DNA of 64,000 nt from Patescibacteria group bacterium (GCA_041650755.1 JBAZKN010000005.1:580-64579); one strand, 5' to 3'. Counted from the stretch's first letter, positions 47,893-57,867 are shown. The notes: a model not told the origin generated them from the sequence alone. Made by a program: numbers and translations.

Positions 47893-48297
47893 ATGTCAGA
47901 AGAAAAAAAGAATGTGACTGTACCCGCCAAATTCAAGGGTATTGTCGAAGAGATTGAAAAGATGTCAGTCTTGGATTTATCCGAATTAGTCTCAATTTTG
48001 GAGGAAAAATTCGGCGTTTCCGCAGCTGCCCCAGTAATGATAGGTGCCGTCGCAGGCGCTGCTCCAGCTGAAGCTGCTGAGGAGAAAACTTCTTTCGGCG
48101 TTGAATTGACCAGTGCTGGCAGCAACAAGATCGGCGTCATCAAAGTCATCCGCGAGATCACGCAGCTTGGCCTCAAAGAAGCCAAAGACTTAGTTGATGG
48201 TGCACCTAAGATGGTCAAGGAAGGTGTGGCCAAAGAAGAGGCTGAAAAAATCAAAGCCCAGCTTACTGAAGCAGGCGCTACTGTCACCTTGAAATAA
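47893..48297 (+). CDS. rplL: 50S ribosomal protein L7/L12
   Basis: '[19 protein letters not shown]', Ala-rich hinge, '[13 protein letters not shown]'. Confidence 0.95.
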   Translation: MSEEKKNVTVPAKFKGIVEEIEKMSVLDLSELVSILEEKFGVSAAAPVMIGAVAGAAPAEAAEEKTSFGVELTSAGSNKIGVIKVIREITQLGLKEAKDLVDGAPKMVKEGVAKEEAEKIKAQLTEAGATVTLK

Positions 48298-48339
48298 TTT
48301 TTTTTAAGAACAAAAAATCCAACCACTACAGCGAGGCTG

Positions 48340-48485
48340 GATTTTTTGATTGGATTTTGAGCCGCCCGCTGGCCTATTGCCATAGTGTCATTGCGAGCGA
48401 AGCGAAGCAATCCACAAACTTATAGATTGCTTTGTCTCCCTCGACTACGCTCGGGATCCTCGCAATGACAACCGGGCCAGCGGGC
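48340..48485. repeat. Large nested palindromic GC-rich element (MITE-like / complex terminator)
   Basis: Outer inverted repeat 'ccgcccgctggcc...ggcccagcgggcgg' and inner inverted repeat 'gtcattgcgag...ctcgcaatgac'. Confidence 0.5.
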
Positions 48486-48490
48486 GGTAT

Positions 48491-50581
48491 TTATTGATTA
48501 ATCGCTAAGAGATATAGATGCTGGCCGTTTAAGAGGTAGATGGCTTTTTCGGCCGGATCGATAGTCAAATCTAAGAGATTATCGAATTTTGGCGAAGTAT
48601 ATTGATCTTTAATATTGCCGTCTTTATTTAAGATAATGACGCGTTTGTTTTGCGGATCAATAATATACAAGAATTTTGAGTCCCGAAAAGTTTGGATAGT
48701 GGCACCTTTGCCAATCTGCGGTCTGGGCATTTGATAGGTAAATTTTTCTTCTGCTCCTTTGGTAAATTTTTTGATAATTCCCTGATTGTCGATACTATAT
48801 ATACTGCCGTCAATGGCAAAGCTATTTACATCTCGGACATCGCTGTCGCCTTTGAGCCATTTCTGGCCATTAGTAAAGCTGTTATTTACCCCCGGATATT
48901 TGAAAAATTGATTGGCCTGAGTGTCCAAAACATAAAGATTGTCGCTATAAATATTAAGGTCTTGGACAGAATTATTGCCGGCGGATTTGGCAAAAGCAAA
49001 AGCGTCCATAGTTTTGTTTTGGATATTGAAGATAAAATATTTTTCATTGTTTCCCAAAATTAGATTTGGTTTATTTGGCCAATCAGCCAGTAGTTTGCCT
49101 TCATTGAAATCAGCCATTGGCTCTACTGACTGGTTTTTGACTTGATATAATTTTTGTTGATCCAAAATATAAAATTGACCTTGTTTTTGGGCGATTTGGC
49201 GGGGCGAAGCTAGATTAGCCAGACTAGCCAGCTCGACTGGCTCAGGCACTTCATGTATGCGTCGGATGGTATTGAGCTGGTGAGCCACCTTGTCTTTGAT
49301 GGCGTCAATTTCTGCCTGTTGGCGCGGCGAGCTGACATTCAGGTTTTGCAGGCTGTTTTCAATTTCTAAGATTAGGCTCTCGGCCGCCATTTGGTCATTG
49401 TAGATCATTTTGCTTTCTGCCTCGGCAAATTTGGCATTGATAGTTTGAATCAACTCTTGATAAACCTGACTTTTTTTATCAAGAGATTTTTTCTGCGTCA
49501 AAATAACCAGGCTTTGCATAAAAATCAGCACGGTGATCACTAGGCCCACCAAGGCTATTTTTTTGGCCAAATTCAATCTTTGCCACCAGTTATAGCGTTC
49601 ATCAATTTTGCTTTTGACCGTATTGATGGCCTGGTCTTCTTTTTCTTGCCGGAAACGTCCGGAGAAGATGAATAAAACGGTGTTTTTGATCTGTCGATAA
49701 ATCCAAGCCAACATTTGCCAGATTGATTTGAAAAATATGGCGATCAGACTGAAGAAATTTTTGCCGCCCCTAAACCAGCGATTGCGCTTGATCACGCCAA
49801 GGTCAAGGACAGTTTTAGTGTGAGTTTGGCCCATGATATCAGCCGGGCTGGAAACGATATTGCCGCTTTCGGCTCCCACCTCTGATCCTTCAGGGCTTAG
49901 TCGCATTTGTTCGGGCCGGAGCTCGATATCGGTACTGGATGGGTTTTTTATAAACAGGGAATTAAAAGTGACAAAATCAGGCACGGTTTCTAGGAGTGAG
50001 CCGATCTTATTGGTGGCTGACATTGGGGTGTAGCGGCGGATCAATTGCTTGATTTTTTCTTTGGCAATATAGTCAAACAAGGAATTGGTTGAGACAATCA
50101 GAGCATCGCCTTCTTCCAAGCGACCGCTGACTACATCAGCAAAAGCCTTGGCTGGGTTAAAACTGGTATTTTTTTTGGTGATAGGCAAATATTGGGCCTT
50201 GGTTATCAGCCAGGCATTGATATTGCCAATAGTGGAGATAAATACTTGATCCTGATAAAAAATGCCCACGGCCATATCCAGGGTATAAAGCCAATTGCGC
50301 AGGCGGCTCAAAGAGCTTAGCTCGGGCAGAGATTGGTTTAGCTGCCGCAGGATTTCTTCCAAGACCGTTTCCGGGTCCGGGTTGTTGGTAGAGGCAAAAT
50401 GATTGGCTGCTCGGTTGACCAGTTCGTCCAGCAAAGGCTGTTGATCTATTTTGTTTTTGGGAACTTCGAGAATGATAAAAAGCTGGCCGCATTCATTTTG
50501 GTCACTTAGATAGTTGGTAGACAATTCTCGGCCGTTTAAAGAGTCGTGGCGGAATAATTTATGGTGCTGCAAAATAGGCAT
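48491..50581 (-). CDS. Large membrane protein with a possible PP2C-like N-terminal domain and a C-terminal beta-rich domain
   Basis: Central TM helices. The N-terminus weakly resembles PP2C/SpoIIE. Function unknown. Confidence 0.3.
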   Translation of the reverse strand: MPILQHHKLFRHDSLNGRELSTNYLSDQNECGQLFIILEVPKNKIDQQPLLDELVNRAANHFASTNNPDPETVLEEILRQLNQSLPELSSLSRLRNWLYTLDMAVGIFYQDQVFISTIGNINAWLITKAQYLPITKKNTSFNPAKAFADVVSGRLEEGDALIVSTNSLFDYIAKEKIKQLIRRYTPMSATNKIGSLLETVPDFVTFNSLFIKNPSSTDIELRPEQMRLSPEGSEVGAESGNIVSSPADIMGQTHTKTVLDLGVIKRNRWFRGGKNFFSLIAIFFKSIWQMLAWIYRQIKNTVLFIFSGRFRQEKEDQAINTVKSKIDERYNWWQRLNLAKKIALVGLVITVLIFMQSLVILTQKKSLDKKSQVYQELIQTINAKFAEAESKMIYNDQMAAESLILEIENSLQNLNVSSPRQQAEIDAIKDKVAHQLNTIRRIHEVPEPVELASLANLASPRQIAQKQGQFYILDQQKLYQVKNQSVEPMADFNEGKLLADWPNKPNLILGNNEKYFIFNIQNKTMDAFAFAKSAGNNSVQDLNIYSDNLYVLDTQANQFFKYPGVNNSFTNGQKWLKGDSDVRDVNSFAIDGSIYSIDNQGIIKKFTKGAEEKFTYQMPRPQIGKGATIQTFRDSKFLYIIDPQNKRVIILNKDGNIKDQYTSPKFDNLLDLTIDPAEKAIYLLNGQHLYLLAINQ

Positions 50582-50652
50582 TTTACATTTATAACAAATA
50601 ATATTATACTATATTTAGCTATTTTAGTAAATAAAATCCATAATTAATTTCT

Positions 50653-51291
50653 ATGCTTGAACAAATTTTTGGTTCAGCTGCCCGCACGGAGATTTTGAAG
50701 TTTTTTTGCGTCCATGCCCAGGAAAAAGTTTTTATCCGAGAATTAGCCAGACGCCTTAATTTACAGCTCAATTCTATCCGCCGGGAGCTTGATAATCTGG
50801 AGGATTTTGGTTTACTCAAATCAGCCGAGGATAATGGCAAAAAATTCTATTTTGCCAATCAGGATTTCCCCTTATTTTTGGAAGTGAAAAATTTGGTTCT
50901 CAAGGCCATCACATTGGAGGAAATGTTTTTGGCTGATAAAATGTCTAAAGTGTCCGGATTGAAATTGCTGATTTTTACCGGTTTGCTTACCAAAGCCCCG
51001 ACTTTGACAGATATCCTGATAGTCGGTAAGATCAGGAAAAGGGATTTTGACAAGTATTTGCGAAAAATAGCAGCCGGCTTAAGCCATGAGTTGCGCTTTA
51101 CTTTTTTAAGCACCGAAGATTATCTATATCGTTTGTCAATAGTTGATAAATTTATCTATGATATTTGGGCGCACAACAAGATAGTAGTGGTTGATAAGAT
51201 TTCCAAAGAACAGGAAAAAAGAAGGGCCAAGGATTTTGGCCTGAAGCACTTCAAGGAAGAGGCCGGAGCGGAAAAACCAAGGAAAAATTAA
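50653..51291 (+). CDS. Hypothetical protein with an N-terminal winged-helix-like region
   Basis: 'FIRELARRLNLQLNSIRRELDNLEDFGLL'. Confidence 0.3.
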   Translation: MLEQIFGSAARTEILKFFCVHAQEKVFIRELARRLNLQLNSIRRELDNLEDFGLLKSAEDNGKKFYFANQDFPLFLEVKNLVLKAITLEEMFLADKMSKVSGLKLLIFTGLLTKAPTLTDILIVGKIRKRDFDKYLRKIAAGLSHELRFTFLSTEDYLYRLSIVDKFIYDIWAHNKIVVVDKISKEQEKRRAKDFGLKHFKEEAGAEKPRKN

Positions 51292-51302
51292 TTAATTATT
51301 TT

Positions 51303-51671
51303 ATGACCGATATTATACATCCAGATTTTAGAGCCAAAAAAATTATTAAAGTAGAAAAAGTGTCCGGGTCAGGCGAGGGAGGACAGCCCAAAAAGGAAAA
51401 ACAGTTGTCTGAGCGTGATTTTTTGACAGCTGATGAGATGAGGGCTTATTTGGCAGATAATAGCCAGGGTATTGATTTTCAAGCGCTATTGTCTTTGAAG
51501 GTTGATAGAATCTCCGTAGCTGAGGCCAGAAAAAAAATAATAGATTGGTTTGATCGTGATTTGATAGATGAGTTGTTGGCGGCTAGGCAAAAATGGCCAG
51601 AAGAGCCGGTCAAATTCCGCGCCCTTTATGAAGAGATTCTGTTCCGGATAGAGACTAAGCCAGCAGAATAA
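51303..51671 (+). CDS. Hypothetical protein
   Basis: ORF only. Confidence 0.25.
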   Translation: MTDIIHPDFRAKKIIKVEKVSGSGEGGQPKKEKQLSERDFLTADEMRAYLADNSQGIDFQALLSLKVDRISVAEARKKIIDWFDRDLIDELLAARQKWPEEPVKFRALYEEILFRIETKPAE

Positions 51672-51676
51672 ATATT

Positions 51677-52105
51677 ATGCTAGTTATTCTCAATATTTTA
51701 AATAGGCGTTCAGCCCAATGGTTGTTGGTCCGGCAGGATAAGATTGTTGCCCAAGTTAATTTCATTTTATCGACTGATCAGGACAAGTTGCTTTTTACTT
51801 TAGATAAATTATTGAAAAAAAATAAAATTTCCCTAGCTAAAGTCAAGGGTTTATTTTTATTGGTGCATGAAACCAGTTTAACGCAGATAAAATTATTTAC
51901 GGCTACCATAAATACTTTGGCTTGGTATCACAGTCTGCCAGTCATGGCCGATTGGCATTATTTGGGCAAAATAGAGGATGATCTCAAAAAAATAACAGCC
52001 AGTTTTAAAAAAGTGAAAAAATTCAAACCACTGGTAGTTACCTATCAGCGTCCGCCAGACATTACTATCAGTAAAAAAAGGCCAAAATTTACTATTCACA
52101 GATAA
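51677..52105 (+). CDS. Hypothetical protein
   Basis: ORF only. Confidence 0.25.
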   Translation: MLVILNILNRRSAQWLLVRQDKIVAQVNFILSTDQDKLLFTLDKLLKKNKISLAKVKGLFLLVHETSLTQIKLFTATINTLAWYHSLPVMADWHYLGKIEDDLKKITASFKKVKKFKPLVVTYQRPPDITISKKRPKFTIHR

Positions 52106-52134
52106 TAGACCATAAAAAACCATTTAAATCACGT

Positions 52135-52349
52135 TGTGGATAAGTGGTTTTTTGTTATTTAACAAAAAAGTGGCAAACATGGTCTAATATATGGCGGCTT
52201 GCATCAAGCATGCTATTTTTTAGTAATGTCGTGTGGATAAGTTAAGCTTTATTTTTATTGACATTTTGTGAGCTGGTGGGGTATAATGTATTAAGAAAGT
52301 AAAATTGTGGTAAAAAGTGGGGAATTATTAACACCACCTGTGGATAAGT
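52135..52349 (+). promoter_or_regulatory. Three identical 11-mers TGTGGATAAGT (perfect DnaA-box complement TGTGGATAA) upstream of mraZ
   Basis: 52135-52145, 52232-52242, 52339-52349. TTATCCACA is the DnaA box consensus. Confidence 0.45.
52258..52287 (+). promoter_or_regulatory. Consensus promoter of the mraZ / division-cell-wall operon
   Basis: TTGACA (52258-52263), 18 nt spacer, TATAAT (52282-52287). Confidence 0.45.
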
Positions 52350-52356
52350 ATAGTTT

Positions 52357-52788
52357 ATGTTTATTGGTGAGTACAAATATAATCTAGACGACAAAAATCG
52401 TTTGGCTATTCCTAGCAAATTTCGTCAACAGTTTGCTGGCGGAGCAGTGATTACCAAGGGCTTGGATAATTGTCTGTTTATTTATACTGCTAAAGAGTGG
52501 CAGAAGTTAGTTGAGAAGCTAGCCAATTTACCTATTAGTCAAGCTAAATCCAGAGCTTTTTCCCGTTTGATGCTGGCAGGAGCCATGGACGCGTCTCTAG
52601 ACAGGCAAGGCAGGATTATTTTGCCTGATTATTTGAAAGATTTTGCTAGTTTGAATAAACAAGTAGTAGTAGCTGGTTTATACAACCGTTTAGAGGTTTG
52701 GGATGATAAGTTATGGACTAAATATCAAAGATTATCAGAAAAAGACACTAATCAGATGGCCGAAGGTTTGGTTGACTTAGGTATTTAA
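52357..52788 (+). CDS. mraZ: Transcriptional regulator MraZ
   Basis: 'LDDKNRLAIPSKFR' and a second 'DRQGRIILP' half-domain. Confidence 0.85.
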   Translation: MFIGEYKYNLDDKNRLAIPSKFRQQFAGGAVITKGLDNCLFIYTAKEWQKLVEKLANLPISQAKSRAFSRLMLAGAMDASLDRQGRIILPDYLKDFASLNKQVVVAGLYNRLEVWDDKLWTKYQRLSEKDTNQMAEGLVDLGI

Positions 52789-52789
52789 T

Positions 52790-53788
52790 ATGGCCGTCTA
52801 TAGCCATCAAAGCGTTTTGGTCAAAGAATTGATTCAGTTTTTGCGGCCAAAACCCGGGCAGCACTATGTTGATTGTACTCTGGGAGGTGGGGGACACACG
52901 GAAGCTATTTTGCAGCTTACTAGTCCCAAGGGCAAGGTTTTGGCTTTTGAGCTGGACGAAAGAGCCATAGCCGCTGCTAAAAAAAGATTAAATAAATATT
53001 CCCATAGATTAGAGATAATTCGAGATTCTTACGCACATTTACAGACAACCATAGAAAAAAGACGGCCCCAGTGGCCGAAAATTTCCGGCGTGATTTTGGA
53101 CTTGGGTCTTTCCTCTGATCAGCTAGAGCAAGCGCAACGAGGATTTTCTTTTCAAGAGGACAGCCCTCTAGATATGCGCTTTGATACCAGACAGACTTTG
53201 ACCGCCAGCGACATTGTTTTGACTTGGCCGGAAGAAAAAATTCGAGCAATATTGCGCGAGTATGGTGAAGAAGTTCAGGCAAAACGCCTAGCCAAAGGCA
53301 TTGTTCTTTGGCGCGACAATTTAATCTCTGCCAGGGGATCATCATCTTCTGGACAAAAACAAAAACAAAAGATTGTCAGAACTTCCATGCTTGTCTCCAC
53401 CATACTCGCCATATTGAATATCAAAACGGCTGATTTAAAAAAATATAGACGGCATCCAGCCACTAAAGTTTTCCAAGCTTTGCGCATTGCCGTCAATCAA
53501 GAATTAGAAAATTTACAAGCAATTTTGCCACAAGCAATTGATATCTTGGCTCCGGGCGGGCAGCTGGCGGTGATCAGCTTCCATTCCCTAGAAGACAGAA
53601 TTGTCAAAAAGTTTTTTCAGGGCCAGACTAAAAAATGTGTCTGCCCGCCCGACTCACCCATTTGCGTTTGTGGCGCCAAAGCTCGTTTGCAGATTATGAC
53701 CAAAAAGCCGATTCGCCCCAGCTGGGTAGAGATAGCTTCAAACCCCAGGAGCCGCAGTGCTTTATTGCGGGTAGCCAAAAAGCTATAG
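52790..53788 (+). CDS. rsmH: 16S rRNA (cytosine1402-N4)-methyltransferase
   Basis: 'HQSVLVKE', 'YVDCTLGGGGH', 'DLGLSSDQL'. Confidence 0.85.
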   Translation: MAVYSHQSVLVKELIQFLRPKPGQHYVDCTLGGGGHTEAILQLTSPKGKVLAFELDERAIAAAKKRLNKYSHRLEIIRDSYAHLQTTIEKRRPQWPKISGVILDLGLSSDQLEQAQRGFSFQEDSPLDMRFDTRQTLTASDIVLTWPEEKIRAILREYGEEVQAKRLAKGIVLWRDNLISARGSSSSGQKQKQKIVRTSMLVSTILAILNIKTADLKKYRRHPATKVFQALRIAVNQELENLQAILPQAIDILAPGGQLAVISFHSLEDRIVKKFFQGQTKKCVCPPDSPICVCGAKARLQIMTKKPIRPSWVEIASNPRSRSALLRVAKKL

Positions 53789-53826
53789 TCAATTTTTTAA
53801 ATAAAAACAAAAATAAAAATTCTTTT

Positions 53827-54147
53827 ATGTTTAAATCAAAAAAATTATCTACTATGTGGTCGCAAATCAAGAGGCATAATACTTTGTGGGCAGTGTTGAT
53901 AGTTGTTTTTTGGATGTTTGGTTTGGCTTTGAGCAATTTTGCCAATAATCAAAATTTGGAGCGCTCCGAGCTGAACAGGAATGTGCGCTTAGCCGAAGAT
54001 CAATCCAGGATTTTGGATGCCCAGGTGAGCGAATTGCAGGCCATGGACAGGATAGAGACCGAGAGCCAGAGGCTAAACTTGGTCAAGGTGGATAGCCGCG
54101 ACATCATTTATCTCAAAATCAGTGATGACAAAGTGGCTTTAAAATAA
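53827..54147 (+). CDS. ftsL: FtsL-like cell-division protein (TM + coiled coil)
   Basis: Single TM 'AVLIVVFWMFGLAL'. Position between rsmH and ftsI. The 53635 upstream extension overlaps rsmH and is rejected. Confidence 0.5.
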   Translation: MFKSKKLSTMWSQIKRHNTLWAVLIVVFWMFGLALSNFANNQNLERSELNRNVRLAEDQSRILDAQVSELQAMDRIETESQRLNLVKVDSRDIIYLKISDDKVALK

Positions 54148-54171
54148 CCCTATTAAACTGGTAGAAGTATT

Positions 54172-55980
54172 ATGAACTTAGGTCGTTGGCATCACAATCA
54201 GACTACCAATACCAGAATTAATACCCTGCAAAGGGTTATTTTTTTCTTTGTGCTGATAATCATTGGCCGTTTGTTTTATTTGCAGATTATCCAGAACAAA
54301 CAGTACGTCAAACTTGGCGCAGAACAGCGGGCCATTGAACAAGAGGTCAAGCCGGAAAGAGGCAGGATTTTGGCTCTGACCGATGCTTCAACTTCGGACC
54401 AACTGTATCCCTTGGCTGTCAATCGCGTGTATTATGAGGTGGCTTTGGATCCAGCCAAAATTACCCGACCACAGAATATTACTGATATCGTGGCGCCGAT
54501 TTTGGGCATAGATGCCCAATTGGTTTTAGATAAATCCAATCAAACGGACAAGCGCTATGAAGTTTTGGCTAAAGCGGTGACCGAAGAAAAAGTTGCGGCT
54601 ATAAAAAATAAACTGGAAATATTACTGGCGGATGTCAATAAAAATAGAGCCAAGAAAGATGTTTTGACTCGCCTTGAGGACTTGGGAGTGATTTTTACTA
54701 AAAATGTTCTGCGCTATTATCCTGATAAAGAAGTCGGTGCTCATGTTTTGGGATTTTTGGGCTATGATGAGCAGGGCTTAAATCGGGTAGGTAAATACGG
54801 CTTGGAAGGATACTTTGATAAGGATTTATCTGGTCAGATAGGTATGATTATAGGCGAAAAAGATGTGTCGGGAATTTTACTGACAGCTGGGCAAGCAGAA
54901 GATGTTGTCAATGGTGCAGATGTTGTTTTGACCATTGATCATACAGTCCAATACAAGGCTTGTAAAATGCTGGAAAAAGCAGTGTTGAAAAATATGGCTG
55001 ACAATGGCACCTTGATTATCATGGAAAGCAACACCGGCGCCATTCGTGCCATGTGTAATTATCCCAGCTTTGATCCCAATGAGTATAATAAAGTTGATTC
55101 AATTGACGTATACAATAATATAGCTGTTTATCAGGCTTATGAGCCGGGTTCAGTGATGAAAGCGGTTGCTATGGCTATAGCTGTTGATCAGGGAAAAGTA
55201 AGCCCCAACACAGCTTATGAAGACAAGGGTGAGGTGAAGTTTGCCGGCGGGCAGGTGATCCGTAATGCCGGCGATAAAATTTATGGCTGGTCGGACATGA
55301 AGAAGGTTTTGACTTATTCTATCAATACCGGCATTATTTTTGCCACCCAAGATGTGCCCAATAAAGTTTTTGCAGAATATATGGAGAATTTTGGCTTTGG
55401 TAAATTAACAGGCCTTTCTATCAGTCAGGAGATGGGCGGTGATATCAGTTCTTTGTCTAAGAGAGGCGATATCTTCAAAGCTACTGCTTCTTATGGCCAG
55501 GGCATCACAGCTACACCCTTGCAGATGCTTAATGCTATCAATGTGATTGCCAACCGGGGAAATTTGATGCAGCCATATATTATCAATGAAATCAGATACA
55601 ATGATAAAGTTTTGCAGAAAACCGAACCGAAAATTTTACATCGGGGCGTGATTTCGGCCAATACTGCTTCGCAAGTTTCAGCTATGATGGTCAATGTGGT
55701 TGATGGCGAGCATGCGGTTGCGGCTCGGGTGCCGGGTTATTATGTGGCCGGAAAATCCGGTACAGCCCAGGTAGCCAATTCGCAGACTGGTAAATACGAT
55801 AACAGCAGAACTATCCATAGTTTTATCGGCTTTGCCCCTCAGGATAATCCGAAGTTCACCATGCTGGTAAAACTTGACAATCCTAAAACTGCACAATATT
55901 CTGAAGGCACGGCCATTCCCTTATTTGGCGAAATCGCCAAATTCTTGTTAGAATATTATCAGGTGCCGCCTAGCCGTTAA
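54172..55980 (+). CDS. ftsI: Penicillin-binding protein 2 / FtsI transpeptidase
   Basis: N-terminal TM. 'SVMK' (SxxK), 'SIN' (SxN), 'KSGT' (KTG). Confidence 0.85.
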   Translation: MNLGRWHHNQTTNTRINTLQRVIFFFVLIIIGRLFYLQIIQNKQYVKLGAEQRAIEQEVKPERGRILALTDASTSDQLYPLAVNRVYYEVALDPAKITRPQNITDIVAPILGIDAQLVLDKSNQTDKRYEVLAKAVTEEKVAAIKNKLEILLADVNKNRAKKDVLTRLEDLGVIFTKNVLRYYPDKEVGAHVLGFLGYDEQGLNRVGKYGLEGYFDKDLSGQIGMIIGEKDVSGILLTAGQAEDVVNGADVVLTIDHTVQYKACKMLEKAVLKNMADNGTLIIMESNTGAIRAMCNYPSFDPNEYNKVDSIDVYNNIAVYQAYEPGSVMKAVAMAIAVDQGKVSPNTAYEDKGEVKFAGGQVIRNAGDKIYGWSDMKKVLTYSINTGIIFATQDVPNKVFAEYMENFGFGKLTGLSISQEMGGDISSLSKRGDIFKATASYGQGITATPLQMLNAINVIANRGNLMQPYIINEIRYNDKVLQKTEPKILHRGVISANTASQVSAMMVNVVDGEHAVAARVPGYYVAGKSGTAQVANSQTGKYDNSRTIHSFIGFAPQDNPKFTMLVKLDNPKTAQYSEGTAIPLFGEIAKFLLEYYQVPPSR

Positions 55981-55990
55981 AGCCTATATT

Positions 55991-57268
55991 ATGAAGCGAA
56001 TTTTCCAATCAATTTTATTCTTTTTTATCAAATTACCGGCCCAAGCCACGCTGCGTAAATATCATCCGCAGATTGTAGCTATTACCGGTAGTGTTGGCAA
56101 AACTTCCGCTAAAGAAGCGATTTTTTGCGTTTTGGGCAGCAAATATTCGGTGCGCCGGTCTTTAAAGAATTATAATAATGAGTTAGGTTTGCCCATGACA
56201 ATCTTGGGCCAGGATAAAACAGCCGGGAAGAATATTTTCAAGTGGCTGGGGATTTTTATTGCAGCTATAAAAAATTTATTGTTTAGCGATAAAAATTATC
56301 CGCAAATTTTGATTTTGGAAATGGGTGCTGATCGGCCAAATAATATAAAATATCTGACGAAAATTGCCCGGCCGAATTTGGCAGTGATCACTACTATTGG
56401 TCAAAGCCACATCCAATACTTTGGTAGCGAAGCCAATATTGCCAAAGAGAAAGCCACTATTTTTGTTCGTTTGCATAAAGATGAGTGGGCTATATTAAAT
56501 TATGATGATAGCAGATTGCGCGAGCTTGTGTCCGGCTTAAAGTGCAAAGTTTTGACTTTTGGCCAAGAGCAGGGCAGTGATGTGCAGATCAGCCAGGTAC
56601 ATCTGACCAAAAAAGAAAATAGCATTGGCACGACTTTTAAGCTGCATTATGGCGGGGCTGATGTACCTATTTTCTTGCCCAATGTCTTGGGTGCACAGCA
56701 TGCTCAAGCGGCAGCTACAGCGGCAGCCGTAGGCTTGGCTTGGGGGCTTAATTTGGTCGAGATTAGCCAGGCTTTGCAGGGATATAAGCCAGCTGCCGGC
56801 CGAACCAATTTGATAGCTGGCGTCAAAAATACTTGGATTATCGATGATACTTATAATGCTTCACCGCAATCAGCCAAAGTCGCCCTGGATATATTAAAGG
56901 ACTTTCCCCAAGCCCAGCGTAAGATAGCTATATTTGGTGATATGTTGGAGTTGGGTAGCTTTACAGAAATTGGCCATCAAAAAGTAGGCGAGTGGGTAGC
57001 GCAGCTGGGTATTGATTATTTATTCGTGGTTGGTGAAAAGTCTCGCGATATAGCCAGAGGCGCCAAGGCTGCCGGTATGCTTGACGATCGGATATATCAT
57101 TTTCCCAAAACCATTGAGGCAGGCATATTTTTACAAGAAAGATTGAAGTCCGGCGATGTTATTTTGATCAAAGGTTCCCGCGGCAGTAGAATGGAGCAGG
57201 TAGTGTATGAAATTATGGCTAGGCCATGGGAAGCTGATGATTTACTAGTCGGACCAATTAGCCGCTAG
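55991..57268 (+). CDS. murF: UDP-N-acetylmuramoyl-tripeptide--D-alanyl-D-alanine ligase
   Basis: 'ITGSVGKTSAKE' P-loop. Mur ligase middle and C-terminal regions. Confidence 0.85.
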   Translation: MKRIFQSILFFFIKLPAQATLRKYHPQIVAITGSVGKTSAKEAIFCVLGSKYSVRRSLKNYNNELGLPMTILGQDKTAGKNIFKWLGIFIAAIKNLLFSDKNYPQILILEMGADRPNNIKYLTKIARPNLAVITTIGQSHIQYFGSEANIAKEKATIFVRLHKDEWAILNYDDSRLRELVSGLKCKVLTFGQEQGSDVQISQVHLTKKENSIGTTFKLHYGGADVPIFLPNVLGAQHAQAAATAAAVGLAWGLNLVEISQALQGYKPAAGRTNLIAGVKNTWIIDDTYNASPQSAKVALDILKDFPQAQRKIAIFGDMLELGSFTEIGHQKVGEWVAQLGIDYLFVVGEKSRDIARGAKAAGMLDDRIYHFPKTIEAGIFLQERLKSGDVILIKGSRGSRMEQVVYEIMARPWEADDLLVGPISR

Positions 57269-57299
57269 CTAGATTGACATAAGTCTATAATTTTGGTAG

Positions 57300-57420
57300 A
57301 AATATTTAAGTTTTGGCCCTATTGTCTAACGGTTACCTACCTGCCCTGCCTACCGGCAGGCAGGGGACACTAGGTTTTCCCGCCTTCGCTAAAGCTTCGG
57401 CGGGCAGGCATCCTTTCTTG
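57300..57420 (+). pseudogene. tRNA-Glu-like fragment interrupted by a palindromic insertion
   Basis: 'ggccctattgtctaacggtta' and 'ggacactaggtt' match the 5' half of the downstream tRNA-Glu. They are separated by 'cctgccctgcctaccggcaggcagg'. Confidence 0.3.
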
Positions 57421-57447
57421 TAAAAGCTATTTTCTTTTGGTTATTAT

Positions 57448-57522
57448 GGCCTCTTCGTCTAGCGGTTAGGACACTAGGTTCTCATCCTAGTAACAGGGGT
57501 TCGATTCCCCTAGAGGTCACCA
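57448..57522 (+). tRNA. tRNA-Glu (anticodon CTC)
   Basis: Cloverleaf read by eye: acceptor ggcctct/agaggtc, D-loop tagcggtta, anticodon loop ttCTCat, T-loop ttcgatt, CCA end. Confidence 0.85.
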
Positions 57523-57652
57523 AAAGAAAATAGCTTTGCGAGTTAAGGGTTTTTACACTCCGAAGCCCGAAGGGCGTAGGATGGGCGATTCCCTGCTGTG
57601 CCCCGCGAAGTCCCGTGGAGCGGGACGGAGTGGGGTGGGGTCACCATTTTAG

Positions 57653-57729
57653 GGGTGCATAGCTCAGTTGGTTAGAGCGTTGCGTTCACATCGCAAAGGT
57701 CCCTGGTTCGAGTCCAGGTGTACCCACCA
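57653..57729 (+). tRNA. tRNA-Val (anticodon CAC)
   Basis: Acceptor gggtgca/tgtaccc, D-loop agttggtta, anticodon loop ttCACat, T-loop ttcgagt, CCA end. Confidence 0.8.
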
Positions 57730-57732
57730 TTC

Positions 57733-57840
57733 GATTCCCCTGCACCATGCGGTGCAGGGTCGCTCGTGGTCTTCGACCATTCGATAGTTAATTTATGCTA
57801 CGAAGTCGAGGGGTATTCGCCGCAAGATCACTGTTACAAG
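57733..57840. repeat. tRNA T-arm fragment (ttcgattcccct) plus a perfect hairpin cctgcaccatgcggtgcagg (related copy at 59365-59388)
   Basis: Duplicate of tRNA-Glu positions 57499-57510. The hairpin motif recurs downstream of the GT39 gene. Confidence 0.4.
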
Positions 57841-57867
57841 TCAGTGGTTTTTTGATATAATATAATC

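Noticed and set aside
53635-53826. N-terminal 64-aa extension of the ftsL-like ORF
   Set aside because: It overlaps the 3' end of rsmH in another frame. The Met at 53827 gives a typical short FtsL with TM and coiled coil.
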